DNA of 63,371 bases, the filler included. It is 5 parts of 5 records of this genome, joined end to end, with 100 filler letters (N's around TTAATTAATTAA, not from the genome) between each part and the next. Parts side by side here need not be neighbours in the genome. Positions count along the whole stretch, not along the records: positions 1 to 20,656 come from DRR723986_9666; 4 more parts are not named here. One strand, written 5' to 3'. Positions within the stretch are counted from its first letter, which is position 1, and the number at the start of each line of letters is the position of its first letter. The notes under the pieces are model-generated. The model had not been told where the DNA came from. It was given only the letters and a program-made list of their open reading frames with translations, and did not search any database. A program made the position numbers and the translations under genes. Below are positions 10,128 to 20,388 of the stretch, piece after piece.

Positions 10128-10499
10128 ATGAAAGCCAAGCACTACATCAGCATGCTGGTAATGACATTTGTAGCCGTAGCCGGTTTTAACATTTCAACTC
10201 TGGAAGCCAATAGCCCGGCCTCCGTCTACAACAATACCAGTTGCGCGTTTAACATCACCTACGTTACGGATCAGAACACTATTTTTGGGCCACAGCTTGT
10301 TGGTCCTGGTGGATCTTATGACATCAAAGTTCCGACCGGTGAGAAAGTTGCCAAGATCATTGTTAACGGTCAGAGTAACGATCCAAGCATTGCCGTTGGT
10401 ACATGCGCAGCCCTGCAGACAGGTCCGGCACTCTGTACTTCCACCACGCCTCCAACTCGCTTCTGCCGTCGCGATCGTCAGGTTTGGGTGATTCGTTAA
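10128..10499 (+). CDS. Small secreted hypothetical protein with 4 Cys
   Basis: SD-like AAGGA upstream, an N-terminal signal peptide, and a following intrinsic terminator. Confidence 0.75.
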   Translation: MKAKHYISMLVMTFVAVAGFNISTLEANSPASVYNNTSCAFNITYVTDQNTIFGPQLVGPGGSYDIKVPTGEKVAKIIVNGQSNDPSIAVGTCAALQTGPALCTSTTPPTRFCRRDRQVWVIR

Positions 10500-10526
10500 T
10501 CAGATTTGAGCAGAGTTAATCAATTG

Positions 10527-10568
10527 AGCTGGTGAGTTCACTTCGTTAAGTGGGCTTGCCGGCTTTTT
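10527..10568 (+). terminator. Intrinsic terminator
   Basis: AGCTGGTGAGTTCACTT-CGTT-AAGTGGGCTTGCCGGCT stem with G-U pairs, followed by a T-run. Confidence 0.7.
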
Positions 10569-10591
10569 GTGTACAACGTAAAGACTGATTG

Positions 10592-11152
10592 CTATTCGCC
10601 AGTTTTAGCGTCCGCGCGGTAACGCTCTACATAATTTTGATAGCCGGCGGCTTGTTTAGGCAGTTGTTCCAGTTCTGCCTGTTTAAGTGGACGTATTATT
10701 TTGGCAGGCACACCAGCGACCAACACACCTTCGGGCACTTCAAATCCTTCGCGGACAACCGCGCCGGCAGCGACGATAGAATTTGAGCCGACAATTGCAC
10801 GGTCAAGAACCTTGGCACCCATGCCAATTAAACAGGTGTCTTTAATCGTTGCGCCATGCAAAACCGCACTGTGACCGATCGTAACGTAATCGCCGATATT
10901 AAGTGAATACTTTTTATGTGTAACGTGCAGCATGGAAAGGTCCTGCACATTCGTATGTTTTCCGATCCGAATGTGGTGCACGTCACCGCGAATGACAGTG
11001 TTAAACCATACGGACGAATGTTCACCGATGCTGACGTCACCAATAATTCGGGCGCCGTCACACAAAAACACACTTTGATGAATCTGGGGTGTAATACCTT
11101 CAAACGGCAGAATGCTGACGCGCGGATTATCGGAAAGGTTTAGTGACTGCAC
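10592..11152 (-). CDS. Gamma carbonic anhydrase family protein (YrdA/CaiE-like)
   Basis: Hexapeptide repeats with IIGDVSIG..SSVWFNTVIRGD..NVQD..LH..VTIGHSAVLHG (Zn-binding His). Confidence 0.93.
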   Translation of the reverse strand: MQSLNLSDNPRVSILPFEGITPQIHQSVFLCDGARIIGDVSIGEHSSVWFNTVIRGDVHHIRIGKHTNVQDLSMLHVTHKKYSLNIGDYVTIGHSAVLHGATIKDTCLIGMGAKVLDRAIVGSNSIVAAGAVVREGFEVPEGVLVAGVPAKIIRPLKQAELEQLPKQAAGYQNYVERYRADAKTGE

Positions 11153-11247
11153 GCGGACTCCGCAAATTCAAATTGATATTTTGGAACTTAAACAATGCCT
11201 GCAGACAGCTCGATCTCACAGCACACAACACAATGTAGCCGACCGTC

Positions 11248-12720
11248 TTATTGGGCAGCCGTCGTATCATCGGCTCCCGGGTGGCATTCGCCCATGGCCT
11301 CACGCAGCCTGCCTACATTTTCGGAACTGAAGAAATGTGGAAACTCGCGTTCAAAGTCTTTGAGTTTGCTGTCGTCACACTTAACAGATTGCACCAGGTA
11401 ACGCACCACATCATTGCGGCGGCGGCGTTTGGCTGAAATTCGCGCCAGCGCAAAATACCCTTCGGACCATTCCGGCGCCAGTTCACAGACGCGCTTGAAG
11501 GCCTGGGCAGCATCTTCAAAACGCTCCAGGTCTATCAGGGTTTCGCCGTAATCGAACCAGCATTCGAAGTCACCGCCGTCCAGCTCCAGGACTTTCAGGT
11601 AACATTCAAGAGCTTCGTTCAAATGGCGGATATTGTACAGGACGTCGGCCTTGGCGTACCAGACATCCGAAGATTCATCGTCAATTGAAAGCGACTGATT
11701 GTAGTCTTCGAGCGCCTGCCGGTAGAGTTCAAGTGCATCGTAACAGGAACCACGTCCAAAATAGGCTTCGGAGTTATCCGGTGCCAGCTTGGTGGAACGC
11801 GTATAACACTTGATAGCCTCACGGTAGCGGCCCAGCTCTTCATAGGCACTGCCCATGTTGTACCAGATGGTTCCGTCGTCCGGTTCCAGCGAGAGCGCTT
11901 CCTTAAACGAAGACAGCGCTTCATTCATCCGCCCCAGCGCCATGTAGGCGATGCCACGGTTAAACCAGGCGGGCGAAAGTGAAGCATTGATGGCCAGGGC
12001 CATATCGTAATTTTCAACAGCCTCGTAGTAGCGGCCTTTGCGACTGAAAATCGCACCACGGTTGAACCAGGCATTGTCGGAGAAGGGGTCTTCGTCCAGA
12101 AAGGCGTCGTAGGCGGCAATAGCCTGATCGAGCAGCCCCAGGTTTTCGTAACAGACGCCCAATTCGTACCAGGCATCCAGCCCAAAACGCTCGGTCTGCG
12201 CCAGGTAGGTAAAAATTTTGACGGCTTTGCGGAATTCGCCGAACTGCTCCAGAATTACGGCTTTGGTGTACAGCGCATCTTCGTTGCTCGGTTCAAGTTC
12301 CAGAAGTTTTTCCAGCTCGCGCATCGCGCCCTCGGTATCGCCAGTATTGGCCATGGTCACACAGCGGTGCACATTGGTCTCCATATCGGCGGGATTGAGG
12401 TTTAAGGCTGAATCGTAGGCGGCCAGGGCTTCGTCAAAACGCAGCATGTTGTGCAGAACCATGCCCTTCTTTTGCCAGGCATCGCCGGAATACGGCGCGA
12501 ATTCAACCCAAAGGTTGGCGAAACAGAGCGCATCTTCCAACTTGTCTTTATCGAGGCAGTATTCGATTAATTCTTCCAGAGTTTCGACATCCGGAACAAC
12601 TCCACGGTCGTTTTCACCGCGGCGTAGCGCTTCGCGCAGACGCTTGACCTCTTCCTCAAGGTTTTTGCGTCCGGGTTGTGACCCGCTCTGTTGATCGTCG
12701 TCAAAGTCAAACGTATTCAT
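11248..12720 (-). CDS. Tetratricopeptide repeat protein
   Basis: Many 34-aa TPR units (AWFNRG..A..Y..AL, WYNMG..Y..LG.Y.EA..Y). Confidence 0.92.
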   Translation of the reverse strand: MNTFDFDDDQQSGSQPGRKNLEEEVKRLREALRRGENDRGVVPDVETLEELIEYCLDKDKLEDALCFANLWVEFAPYSGDAWQKKGMVLHNMLRFDEALAAYDSALNLNPADMETNVHRCVTMANTGDTEGAMRELEKLLELEPSNEDALYTKAVILEQFGEFRKAVKIFTYLAQTERFGLDAWYELGVCYENLGLLDQAIAAYDAFLDEDPFSDNAWFNRGAIFSRKGRYYEAVENYDMALAINASLSPAWFNRGIAYMALGRMNEALSSFKEALSLEPDDGTIWYNMGSAYEELGRYREAIKCYTRSTKLAPDNSEAYFGRGSCYDALELYRQALEDYNQSLSIDDESSDVWYAKADVLYNIRHLNEALECYLKVLELDGGDFECWFDYGETLIDLERFEDAAQAFKRVCELAPEWSEGYFALARISAKRRRRNDVVRYLVQSVKCDDSKLKDFEREFPHFFSSENVGRLREAMGECHPGADDTTAAQ

Positions 12721-12867
12721 ACTATTCCATTATTCTATTAATCGTTTGCAATGACGCTCATACGCTTCTGCAATTTTACCGCTGCCACGCGCCAAATCCA
12801 AACCATCTGACACTGACCTAACGCACTTTTTTGCCGCAGCGAGCGGTCGCGTTACCCCAGAGAACAC

Positions 12868-12897
12868 AAAAGCCGAACGGTGGATACCATTCGGCTT
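12868..12897 (-). terminator. Intrinsic terminator downstream of frr
   Basis: Minus strand AGCCGAATGGT-ATCC-ACCGTTCGGCT followed by TTT. Confidence 0.65.
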
Positions 12898-12957
12898 GTG
12901 TTATGCGCATTTTTTTACGCGGAAAGAGTCTAAGATGGTCAGTTGACCGCTTAACGA

Positions 12958-13512
12958 TCAGACCTGCATGATTTCAGCTTCTTTGGCTTTGAGGAGCTCG
13001 TCAACTTTGGCAACGTACTTGTTGGTCAGCTTTTGAATATCGTCCTCACCGCCTTTGAGTTGATCTTCTGAAATCTCTTTGGCTTTCTCGAGTTTTTTCA
13101 TCTCGTCAATTGCGTTGCGGCGATGGCTACGCAGTGCTACACGGCTGTTTTCAGCTGTATGTCCACACAGTTTGACGATTTCCTTGCGGCGCTCTTCAGT
13201 CAGGAGAGGCACAGGAACGCGAATCACACTGCCATCATTACTTGGGTTGAGGCCCAGATTGGCGGACATAATGCCTTTTTCGATTTCACCGAGGAGTGAT
13301 TTCTCCCAGGGCTGGACCAAAATGGAGCGGGCATCAGGTACAGAAACGGTCGCAACCTGAGAAAGCGGAGTTGGTGCTCCGTAGTAATCTACTTTTACAC
13401 TGTCCAGCAAATTCGCGGAAGCGCGCCCGGTGCGGGCTTTGGCTAGCTCTCTGTTAAAGTGCTCTATGGCTTCAGCCATCATTCCTTCAGCTAATATTAA
13501 AATCTCATCCAT
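12958..13512 (-). CDS. frr: Ribosome recycling factor
   Basis: RTGRA..LLDSVKVDYYG, NLGLNP.NDG, LTEERRKE. Downstream of pyrH. Confidence 0.97.
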   Translation of the reverse strand: MDEILILAEGMMAEAIEHFNRELAKARTGRASANLLDSVKVDYYGAPTPLSQVATVSVPDARSILVQPWEKSLLGEIEKGIMSANLGLNPSNDGSVIRVPVPLLTEERRKEIVKLCGHTAENSRVALRSHRRNAIDEMKKLEKAKEISEDQLKGGEDDIQKLTNKYVAKVDELLKAKEAEIMQV

Positions 13513-13614
13513 AACGCACCGTAATCTATAATGTTAGATGAAAAATTGTTTGCAGTAGGCCTGCCAGAACGTGCGCAGCACACACTGACTGGCATGTGGG
13601 CTGAAGGCAAAGTC

Positions 13615-14325
13615 TTAGCGCACGAGGCTTCCGACTTTTTCACCTTCAATCAAGGATTTCAGCGCGCCGACGTTGTTCAGGTCAAACACTACGATTGGAA
13701 CGTTGTTTTCCTTGGCCAGGGTAATTGCCGTAAGGTCCATCACGCGCAAATTGCGTTCGATGACTTCCTGATACGTAATATCGTCAAAACGCACGGCAGC
13801 CGGGTCTTTCTCCGGATCGCGATCATAGACACCGTCAACACGTGTACCTTTGATGATCACATCGGCTTCGATTTCAATTGCGCGCAGAGCGGCGGCCGTA
13901 TCGGTCGTAAAATACGGATTTCCGGTTCCGGCGCCGAATATTACAACGCGATTTTTCTCCAGATGGCGCACGGCGCGGCGGCGAATGAATGGCTCGGCTA
14001 TCTGCTTCATCTCAATCGATGTCTGCAGGCGCGTCGGCACATTCTTGAGCTCCAGGGCGTTCTGCAAGGCAATCGCGTTGATCACCGTCGCCAACATCCC
14101 CATGTAGTCGCCGGACACCTTGTCGATGCCCTGTGCGGCAGCCTGTACGCCGCGGTAAATATTACCGCCGCCAATTACCAGGCCTATCTCCACACCCAGG
14201 TCATAGATTTCGGCTACCTGATCTGAAATGTAATTCAGAACGTCGGAACTGATTCCGTAATCTTCCTTGCCCAGCAGGGCTTCCCCGCTCAGCTTAAGTA
14301 AAATGCGTTTGTACTGTGGCTGCAT
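13615..14325 (-). CDS. pyrH: UMP kinase
   Basis: [34 protein letters not shown]. Confidence 0.98.
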   Translation of the reverse strand: MQPQYKRILLKLSGEALLGKEDYGISSDVLNYISDQVAEIYDLGVEIGLVIGGGNIYRGVQAAAQGIDKVSGDYMGMLATVINAIALQNALELKNVPTRLQTSIEMKQIAEPFIRRRAVRHLEKNRVVIFGAGTGNPYFTTDTAAALRAIEIEADVIIKGTRVDGVYDRDPEKDPAAVRFDDITYQEVIERNLRVMDLTAITLAKENNVPIVVFDLNNVGALKSLIEGEKVGSLVR

Positions 14326-14339
14326 AGTTCTCAGTAATC

Positions 14340-14373
14340 AAAAAAAAGTCCCAGGTTAACAACCTGAGACTTT
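14340..14373 (-). terminator. Intrinsic terminator between tsf and pyrH
   Basis: Plus-strand A-run followed by the AGTCCCAGGTT..AACCTGAGACT hairpin, which reads as hairpin then U-run on the minus strand. Confidence 0.6.
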
Positions 14374-14393
14374 ATTATCTGATGGGAAAATTA

Positions 14394-15266
14394 TTAGGCT
14401 TCGCTCGGAACGCCGTCACCAAGTGAGAACCGTTTAAATCCGGTAACATTTACGCTGTCACCGGACGCCGTTTTGACGCCCGCCAAAACTTCGGCCACGG
14501 TTTTACCGCTGTCTTTCACAAAGGTCTGATCGACCAGGCAGTTCTCCTGGTAGAATTTTTCAAGGCGACCAGTTGCGATACGCTCAGCGATATTCTCGGG
14601 TTTGCCGGAAGCAACTGCTTGCTCGCGGTAAATCTCAATTTCTTTGGCAATCACGTCGGCATTAACTGCATCGCGATTAACGTAACCGGGATTCATCGCC
14701 GCAATTTGCATGGCGATGTCACGCAGCATCGTGCGGCCTTCGTCTTCAGCCGGTACGCCGTCAGCCTGCAGCATTACACCCAGCTTGTTGCCAACGTGAG
14801 TGTAGGTAACCACACATGGCACATCACTGACGCGCTCAAAGCGGCTGATCAGAATGCGCTCGCTGAATTTGGCCAGCGTTTCGTTCAGCGAATCGTTCAG
14901 CGTCTTACCAGCTTCGATTTCAGTCGCCAAAGCGGCATCAACACTTGGTGGATTGCCTTCGTAAACGGCTTTCAGCACGTTATCGGCAAAGGTAGTGAAC
15001 TCATCGTTGCGCGCAACGAAGTCAGTTTCACAGTTGATTTCAACGATTGCGCCGGTACGCATGTCGTCGGAAGTTTGCGTGAGGATCAGGCCTTCATTGG
15101 AAGAGCGGTCTGCGCGTTTGGCAGCAGAAGCCGCGCCACGTTTGCGCAGGTAGTCTACCGCCGCATCCATGTCACCATCGTTTTCAGCCAGGGCTTTTTT
15201 TACATCGGCAAGACCTGCGCCGGTTTTATCACGAAGAGACTTGATTTGTTCTAACGTTATGGACAT
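14394..15266 (-). CDS. tsf: Translation elongation factor Ts
   Basis: Start at MSITLEQIKSLRDKTGAG. EINCETDFVARN motif, DIAMQIAAMNP. Confidence 0.97.
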   Translation of the reverse strand: MSITLEQIKSLRDKTGAGLADVKKALAENDGDMDAAVDYLRKRGAASAAKRADRSSNEGLILTQTSDDMRTGAIVEINCETDFVARNDEFTTFADNVLKAVYEGNPPSVDAALATEIEAGKTLNDSLNETLAKFSERILISRFERVSDVPCVVTYTHVGNKLGVMLQADGVPAEDEGRTMLRDIAMQIAAMNPGYVNRDAVNADVIAKEIEIYREQAVASGKPENIAERIATGRLEKFYQENCLVDQTFVKDSGKTVAEVLAGVKTASGDSVNVTGFKRFSLGDGVPSEA

Positions 15267-15460
15267 AATAGATCCGAATCGTTTATCGTTCGCAAAAAGC
15301 ATTCACCAGAATTCGGGGAGCCGAGCAAGTCCAGAGTACAGAGTTTTCACGCGGAATGATCATGCCGTCGGTATAAAACTTCTGCCCTGGAACTTCACAT
15401 CAAATAACTGCAGCAAACAACAGTGCTGCGCCGGCGCATCTGGCCGGCGCAACCTTGTGA

Positions 15461-16510
15461 TTATTCGCTTTTGGCAGGTGCGGCTGCACCAGCGTCGGCA
15501 GCGGGAGCGGCCTTCGCTTCAGTCTTCGGTGCTTCTGCCGGTTTAGCAGCAGCGGGAGCGTCAGCAGGCTTGGGTGCATCAGCTGCTTTGGCAGCAGGCT
15601 TAGGTGCATCAGCTGCTTTCGCGGCTGGGGCTGGTTTGCCCTTGCCTGCACCGTCACCACCGCGTCCGCGGCCACCGCCCTGGCGTCCACCGCCGGATCC
15701 GGCACCGCCGCCACGACCACCGCGGCTACGCATTTTGCGGCGTACCTGTGGTGATGTATCACCGTCGCCGTCACCTTCTTTGAACTCACGATCGCCACCG
15801 GCAATCTCATCCGCACGGCGGATTTTGGCTGTCTGTGATCCATTGTGGATACCGTCAGCCATCGCCTTGGAAATCAGCTCGATCGTTTTGATCGAATCGT
15901 CATTCGCCGGGATAGGATATGCAACTTCCAGTGGGTCACAGTTTGTATCTACAACTGCGAATACAGGAATGCCAAGTTTGTTGGCTTCTTTGATCGCAAG
16001 GTGTTCTTTCTTGATGTCTACAACGAAGAGCGCACCAGGCAGACGAGACATGTCGCGAATACCGCCAAAGACCCGCATCAGCTTGTCTTTTTCGCGGGAG
16101 AGCGTCAGGCGCTCTTTCTTACGCAGTTTCTCAAATGTGCCGTCGGTCTCCATCTTCTCAATGCTTTCCAGATGGCGAATGCTGCGTCGGATCGTAGCAA
16201 AGTTGGTAAGCATCCCACCCAGCCAGCGCTCAGTAACGAAGTACGAGCCGGCACGTTCGGCTTCTGCCGCCATGACGAGTTTTGCTTGTTTTTTGGTACC
16301 GACGAAGAGGAATTTCTGACCGCGTTCTGCAACTTCGCGTGCAGCGTCAACAGCCAGGTCGACGAGCATTTGGGTTTTGCGCAGGTCTAGGATGTGGATT
16401 CCGTTGCGCTCACCAAAGATGAACGGCCGCATTTTTGGGTTCCAGCGGCGCGTGAGGTGCCCGAAGTGAGCACCAGCTTCGAGCAGTTGCTCGATCTTGA
16501 TGTATGCCAT
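15461..16510 (-). CDS. rpsB: 30S ribosomal protein S2 with long low-complexity C-terminal extension
   Basis: [46 protein letters not shown] upstream. Confidence 0.98.
   Translation of the reverse strand: MAYIKIEQLLEAGAHFGHLTRRWNPKMRPFIFGERNGIHILDLRKTQMLVDLAVDAAREVAERGQKFLFVGTKKQAKLVMAAEAERAGSYFVTERWLGGMLTNFATIRRSIRHLESIEKMETDGTFEKLRKKERLTLSREKDKLMRVFGGIRDMSRLPGALFVVDIKKEHLAIKEANKLGIPVFAVVDTNCDPLEVAYPIPANDDSIKTIELISKAMADGIHNGSQTAKIRRADEIAGGDREFKEGDGDGDTSPQVRRKMRSRGGRGGGAGSGGGRQGGGRGRGGDGAGKGKPAPAAKAADAPKPAAKAADAPKPADAPAAAKPAEAPKTEAKAAPAADAGAAAPAKSE
15562..15619. repeat. 30-nt tandem duplication in the rpsB tail ([10 protein letters not shown])
   Basis: CAGCAGGCTTGGGTGCATCAGCTGCTTT at 15562 and CAGCAGGCTTAGGTGCATCAGCTGCTTT at 15592. 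Confidence 0.85.
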
Positions 16511-16524
16511 GGTAGTGGCTCCTT

Positions 16525-16620
16525 AGTATGTTTCGTGTTAGCACGACTGCCTGGATCACCTTCCCCGGAAAACCTTCCTGAAATCTCAAGAAGGCCACAC
16601 ACCGGAAAATCACCAAGGCA
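16525..16620 (-). promoter_or_regulatory. Structured rpsB 5' leader, candidate S2 autoregulatory element
   Basis: Nested minus-strand stems TGCCT/AGGCA, TTTTCCGG/CCGGGGAA and GGCCTTCTTGA/TCAGGAAGGTT, then TCGTG-CTAA-CACGA just before the SD. Confidence 0.55.
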
Positions 16621-16661
16621 TGATTAGTATAGAAACAGCAAACCGGACAGGTCGAAAAGTC

Positions 16662-17051
16662 TTAACGTTTCGAGAACTGGAAACGCTTCCGAGCTTTCTT
16701 GCGACCGTACTTCTTACGCTCAACCATCCGCGGATCACGCGTCATGACGCCGGCGGGACGAAGTGTCTCTTTAAGAGCTTCATCCATAACAACCAGCGCG
16801 CGCGCAACACCAAGCTGAGCAGCACCGGCCTGACCTGTAATTCCACCGCCGTGGCAGCGAATGTGCAGGTCTACAGCACCAAGCTGGTCTACGAGTTGCA
16901 ATGGTTTGCGAACCGCTTTCTGCAGAATTTCGACTGGGAAGAATTCTTCCAGTGTCTTGGAGTTGACCGTTATGTTGCCGCTACCCGGGGAGATAACCCG
17001 CACGCGTGCGACAGCATTCTTGCGACGGCCAAGACCACGATATTCGTTCAT
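16662..17051 (-). CDS. rpsI: 30S ribosomal protein S9
   Basis: GRRKNAVARV, GGGITGQAGA, TRDPRMVERKKYGRKKARKRFQFSKR. Confidence 0.99.
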   Translation of the reverse strand: MNEYRGLGRRKNAVARVRVISPGSGNITVNSKTLEEFFPVEILQKAVRKPLQLVDQLGAVDLHIRCHGGGITGQAGAAQLGVARALVVMDEALKETLRPAGVMTRDPRMVERKKYGRKKARKRFQFSKR

Positions 17052-17079
17052 GAAAATCCTCGTTAATAATCAAACGGCG

Positions 17080-17550
17080 TCAGGCCGTGTAAGGCAATTC
17101 GTATTCTTGCGGCTTCTGGGCCGCATGAGGGTGCTCAGCACCGCGATACACTTTCAATTTCTTAATGATGCGGCGTCCAAGACGGTTTTTAGGAATCATA
17201 CCCCAGACTGACTGGCGAATGACAAATTCCGGCTTGTTTTGCATGGCATCGCGATACTTGGTAAAGATCCCACCACCAGGGTAACCTGTGTGACGGAAAT
17301 ACTCTTTCTGGCTCTCGCGCTTACCAGTCAGCACAACTTTGTCTGCATTGATGACGACAACGAAGTCACCACCATCAACATGCGGCGTAAAGTCAGGCTT
17401 GTGTTTGCCACGCATCAGGTGTGCGATCTGAGTTGCCAAACGCCCAAGCGTTTTGCCCTCAGCATCAATCACCCACCAACGCGGCGCAACATCTTCCTTA
17501 CGTACGGAGCGCGTTACGCGCGCCGTCGGATGCAGGATTTTTTCGGCCAT
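17080..17550 (-). CDS. rplM: 50S ribosomal protein L13
   Basis: WWVIDAEGKTLGRLA, GKHKPDFTPHVDGGDFVVVINA, HPHAAQKP. Confidence 0.99.
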   Translation of the reverse strand: MAEKILHPTARVTRSVRKEDVAPRWWVIDAEGKTLGRLATQIAHLMRGKHKPDFTPHVDGGDFVVVINADKVVLTGKRESQKEYFRHTGYPGGGIFTKYRDAMQNKPEFVIRQSVWGMIPKNRLGRRIIKKLKVYRGAEHPHAAQKPQEYELPYTA

Positions 17551-17743
17551 TGTTGAATCGTTTGCGATTATAATTCGACATTTATTGGAAAGCCTGCAAA
17601 ATTACTGCTTGAACGCCAGAATTACAAGTGTTATCTTGATCCTTTCAGATTATTCCCTATCTCAACCTCGTATATAGTCCGCCAGCATGCCCCGGCCGCC
17701 CGCATGGTCACAGCTGCCCAAGCGGTCCAGGAGCCCCCCAAAC

Positions 17744-18568
17744 GTGAGCCGTGCCGTACCCCAAGTCCATGAACCCCAGGACGCCGCCGCCTGGTTTGAC
17801 GCCTTCGATCGCCTCGTCCATATTCTGAGAACCGACTGCCCCTGGGACCGTAAACAAACCCACGATACAATCTCCCACATGCTAATCGAAGAGTGTTATG
17901 AAACACTCGAAGCCATCAGCGATAAAAACGACCAAGACTTCCCCAAAGAACTCGGTGACCTCCTCCTTCATATCGTCATGCACTCCGTCATGGCCGAAGA
18001 ACGCGGCGCCTTCACCGTACGCGACGTCATCAAAAAAGAGTTTGATAAACTCGTTGAACGCCACCCACATGTTTTTGGTGATACAAACGTGGCCGACGCC
18101 GATGCTGTCAAACAGAACTGGGAACAGATTAAAATGCGCGAAGGTCGCCGCTCGGCACTCGAAGGTGTGCCACGCCACATGCCCGCCGTCCTGCGCGCCC
18201 AACGCATTCAGGAAAAAGCGTCCAATGTCGGATTTGACTGGGATAATAAAGACGACGTCTGGGCCAAAGTGCATGAAGAAGTCGATGAACTGCGCCGCGC
18301 CGCGCAATCCGGTCACACCGCAGATGTGCAGGCTGAGTTCGGTGACGTCCTCTTCTCACTCATAAATGCCGCCCGGCATGAAAATATTGTCGGCGAAGAA
18401 GCGTTACAGGCTACGAACAACAAATTCATCTGCCGTTTTCAATTTATTGAAGACCAGGCCGCGGCAAAGGGCATGCAGCTCAAAGATATGACGCTGGCTG
18501 AAATGGATGAGCTTTGGGACCTAGCCAAACATGAAGAACGGCACAACAACTCCGACTCTGCGGATTGA
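17744..18568 (+). CDS. mazG: Nucleoside triphosphate pyrophosphohydrolase MazG
   Basis: CPWDRKQTH, EECYE, ELGDLLLH, RHPHVFG, GFDW, EFGDVLF. Start placed at GTG 17744 after AGGAG (the ORF track starts at 17687). Confidence 0.95.
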   Translation: MSRAVPQVHEPQDAAAWFDAFDRLVHILRTDCPWDRKQTHDTISHMLIEECYETLEAISDKNDQDFPKELGDLLLHIVMHSVMAEERGAFTVRDVIKKEFDKLVERHPHVFGDTNVADADAVKQNWEQIKMREGRRSALEGVPRHMPAVLRAQRIQEKASNVGFDWDNKDDVWAKVHEEVDELRRAAQSGHTADVQAEFGDVLFSLINAARHENIVGEEALQATNNKFICRFQFIEDQAAAKGMQLKDMTLAEMDELWDLAKHEERHNNSDSAD

Positions 18569-19463
18569 ACAGCTTTCCAAGACCTATCGCAACGGCCGCT
18601 CCGACGCCGTAGCAGCCCTCAAACCGTTTGACCTGGAACTCTACCCCGGTGAGATATTTGGATTGCTCGGCCCCAACGGCGCCGGCAAAACAACTCTGGT
18701 AAAAACTCTGCTCGGCATTGTTAAACCCACCGGCGGCAAAGCCTTCATCCTCAACAAAGCAATCGGAACCGTCAGTGCCAAACAGCACATCGGTTACCTG
18801 CCCGAGAATCACCGCTTCCCCGGCCACCTCAGTGGCGCGCAGCTCATGCGCATCTTCGGCGAACTCAGCGGCGTCAGTGGAGACAAACTCAAGAGTCGCA
18901 CCGCCGAACTCCTCGAACTGGTTGAGTTGACGAATTGGCAGGGCACCGCCGTCCGCAAATATTCCAAAGGTATGCAGCAGCGCCTCGGCCTCGCCCAGGC
19001 GCTCATCAGCAAACCCGATCTGCTTTTCCTGGATGAACCGACCGACGGTATCGACCCCGTTGGCCGCAAACGCATCCGCGACGTCCTCGTGCACGCACGC
19101 GATCAGGGAACCACGATTTTCCTGAACTCACACCTGCTCTCCGAAGTCGAACTGCTGACCGACCGCGTTACAATCCTCAACAAAGGCACAGTTGTTGCGG
19201 CCGGCACAACCGAAGAACTCACCGCAACGCCCGACGTATACACACTCGAATTTGATCCTGCTCAGGCCGCCAAAATTAACGGCCTGGAAGGTGTCAGCAA
19301 TCTGGACCGCCAGGGCGGCACGCTCGATTTGCATGCCTCCTCCGTCGATATTCTCAATCAGCGTATCGACACTCTGCGCCAGAACGAAGTCCTGTTAAAA
19401 GCCGTGCGCCCCAAGCGCAACTCACTCGAACAACTCTTTTTTGACGTCATCGAGCAACAATGA
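18531..19463 (+). CDS. ABC transporter ATP-binding protein (ABC-2/DrrA-like exporter)
   Basis: Walker A GPNGAGKT, signature YSKGMQQR, Walker B LLFLDEPT, NSH switch. Confidence 0.95.
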   Translation: MKNGTTTPTLRIEQLSKTYRNGRSDAVAALKPFDLELYPGEIFGLLGPNGAGKTTLVKTLLGIVKPTGGKAFILNKAIGTVSAKQHIGYLPENHRFPGHLSGAQLMRIFGELSGVSGDKLKSRTAELLELVELTNWQGTAVRKYSKGMQQRLGLAQALISKPDLLFLDEPTDGIDPVGRKRIRDVLVHARDQGTTIFLNSHLLSEVELLTDRVTILNKGTVVAAGTTEELTATPDVYTLEFDPAQAAKINGLEGVSNLDRQGGTLDLHASSVDILNQRIDTLRQNEVLLKAVRPKRNSLEQLFFDVIEQQ

Positions 19464-20290
19464 GAAGATTTTCAGCGATCCTGCGCGAGACATTCCTGGA
19501 AGTGCTCTCGAACAAAGTTCTCCTCGGCTTTTTAGTCATCGCCGGCCTCGGCCTCATTGCCCTGGTCATCGCGATCAACATGCCGGAAACTTCGGCCAAA
19601 ATTGCACGCCTCCAACCTTCGCCCGACTTTCCGGATGCCGCCGCCCTCGAAACCTTCGTCCGCGAGTGGTTCTCCATTACCGTCGGTTTCTTTTTCTACA
19701 ACACCTTCCTGGTGGTAGCCACAATTATTACGGCCGGCCTGGTCCCGTCAATGATGCGCAAAGGTGTCATTGACCTCTACCTTTCCAAGCCAATTTCGCG
19801 CTCACAGTTGCTCTTCGGCAAGGTCCTCGGCGGACTGATCATCATTCTGGGCTGTATCATCTTTTTTGTTGGTGGCGTCTGGCTCATCTTCGGCCTCAAA
19901 ACCGGCATTTGGGACACAGCACCGATAATGTCGATGTTCCCCATCATGGTTTCATTTTTTGGCATGTATGGCATTTTAGTCTACATCGGCGTCACGAGCG
20001 AATCCCCTTTCCTCGGAATAATTATCGTATTCCTTCTCGCGGGCCTCGTCAGCACAACTCTTGCCAACCGCGAAACCGCACTCTACGGCCTGGTTCCCAG
20101 CGACATCGGCCGCACGTTCATCGATCTGTTGTACTTTCTCTTCCCCCAAACCAGCGAATCTGCGGAAATTGCGGGCGACATCATGTACGGCAAACGCGTC
20201 AACAGCTACTGGCCGCTCTATCAAGCGTGTGCAACCGGTCTTGTCTTTTTCTCTCTGGCCGCTGCCAGCTTCCGTCGCAAGGAATTCTAA
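19460..20290 (+). CDS. ABC-2 type permease subunit
   Basis: About 6 hydrophobic segments, LYLSKPISRSQLLFGK motif, ATGA overlap with the ATPase gene. Confidence 0.9.
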   Translation: MRRFSAILRETFLEVLSNKVLLGFLVIAGLGLIALVIAINMPETSAKIARLQPSPDFPDAAALETFVREWFSITVGFFFYNTFLVVATIITAGLVPSMMRKGVIDLYLSKPISRSQLLFGKVLGGLIIILGCIIFFVGGVWLIFGLKTGIWDTAPIMSMFPIMVSFFGMYGILVYIGVTSESPFLGIIIVFLLAGLVSTTLANRETALYGLVPSDIGRTFIDLLYFLFPQTSESAEIAGDIMYGKRVNSYWPLYQACATGLVFFSLAAASFRRKEF

Positions 20291-20388
20291 TTTCGATTTG
20301 AGTGGCGCAGCGACTCCTTTTTCTGGATAAACATCCTCCGCATCGGTGACTTCCTTCAGCCGATCATGGATCGTATTTCTGTGTTTTT

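Noticed and set aside
17744-18568. MazG as an anti-phage or toxin-antitoxin component
   Set aside because: It is the two-domain housekeeping MazG beside ribosomal genes, with no defence partners nearby.
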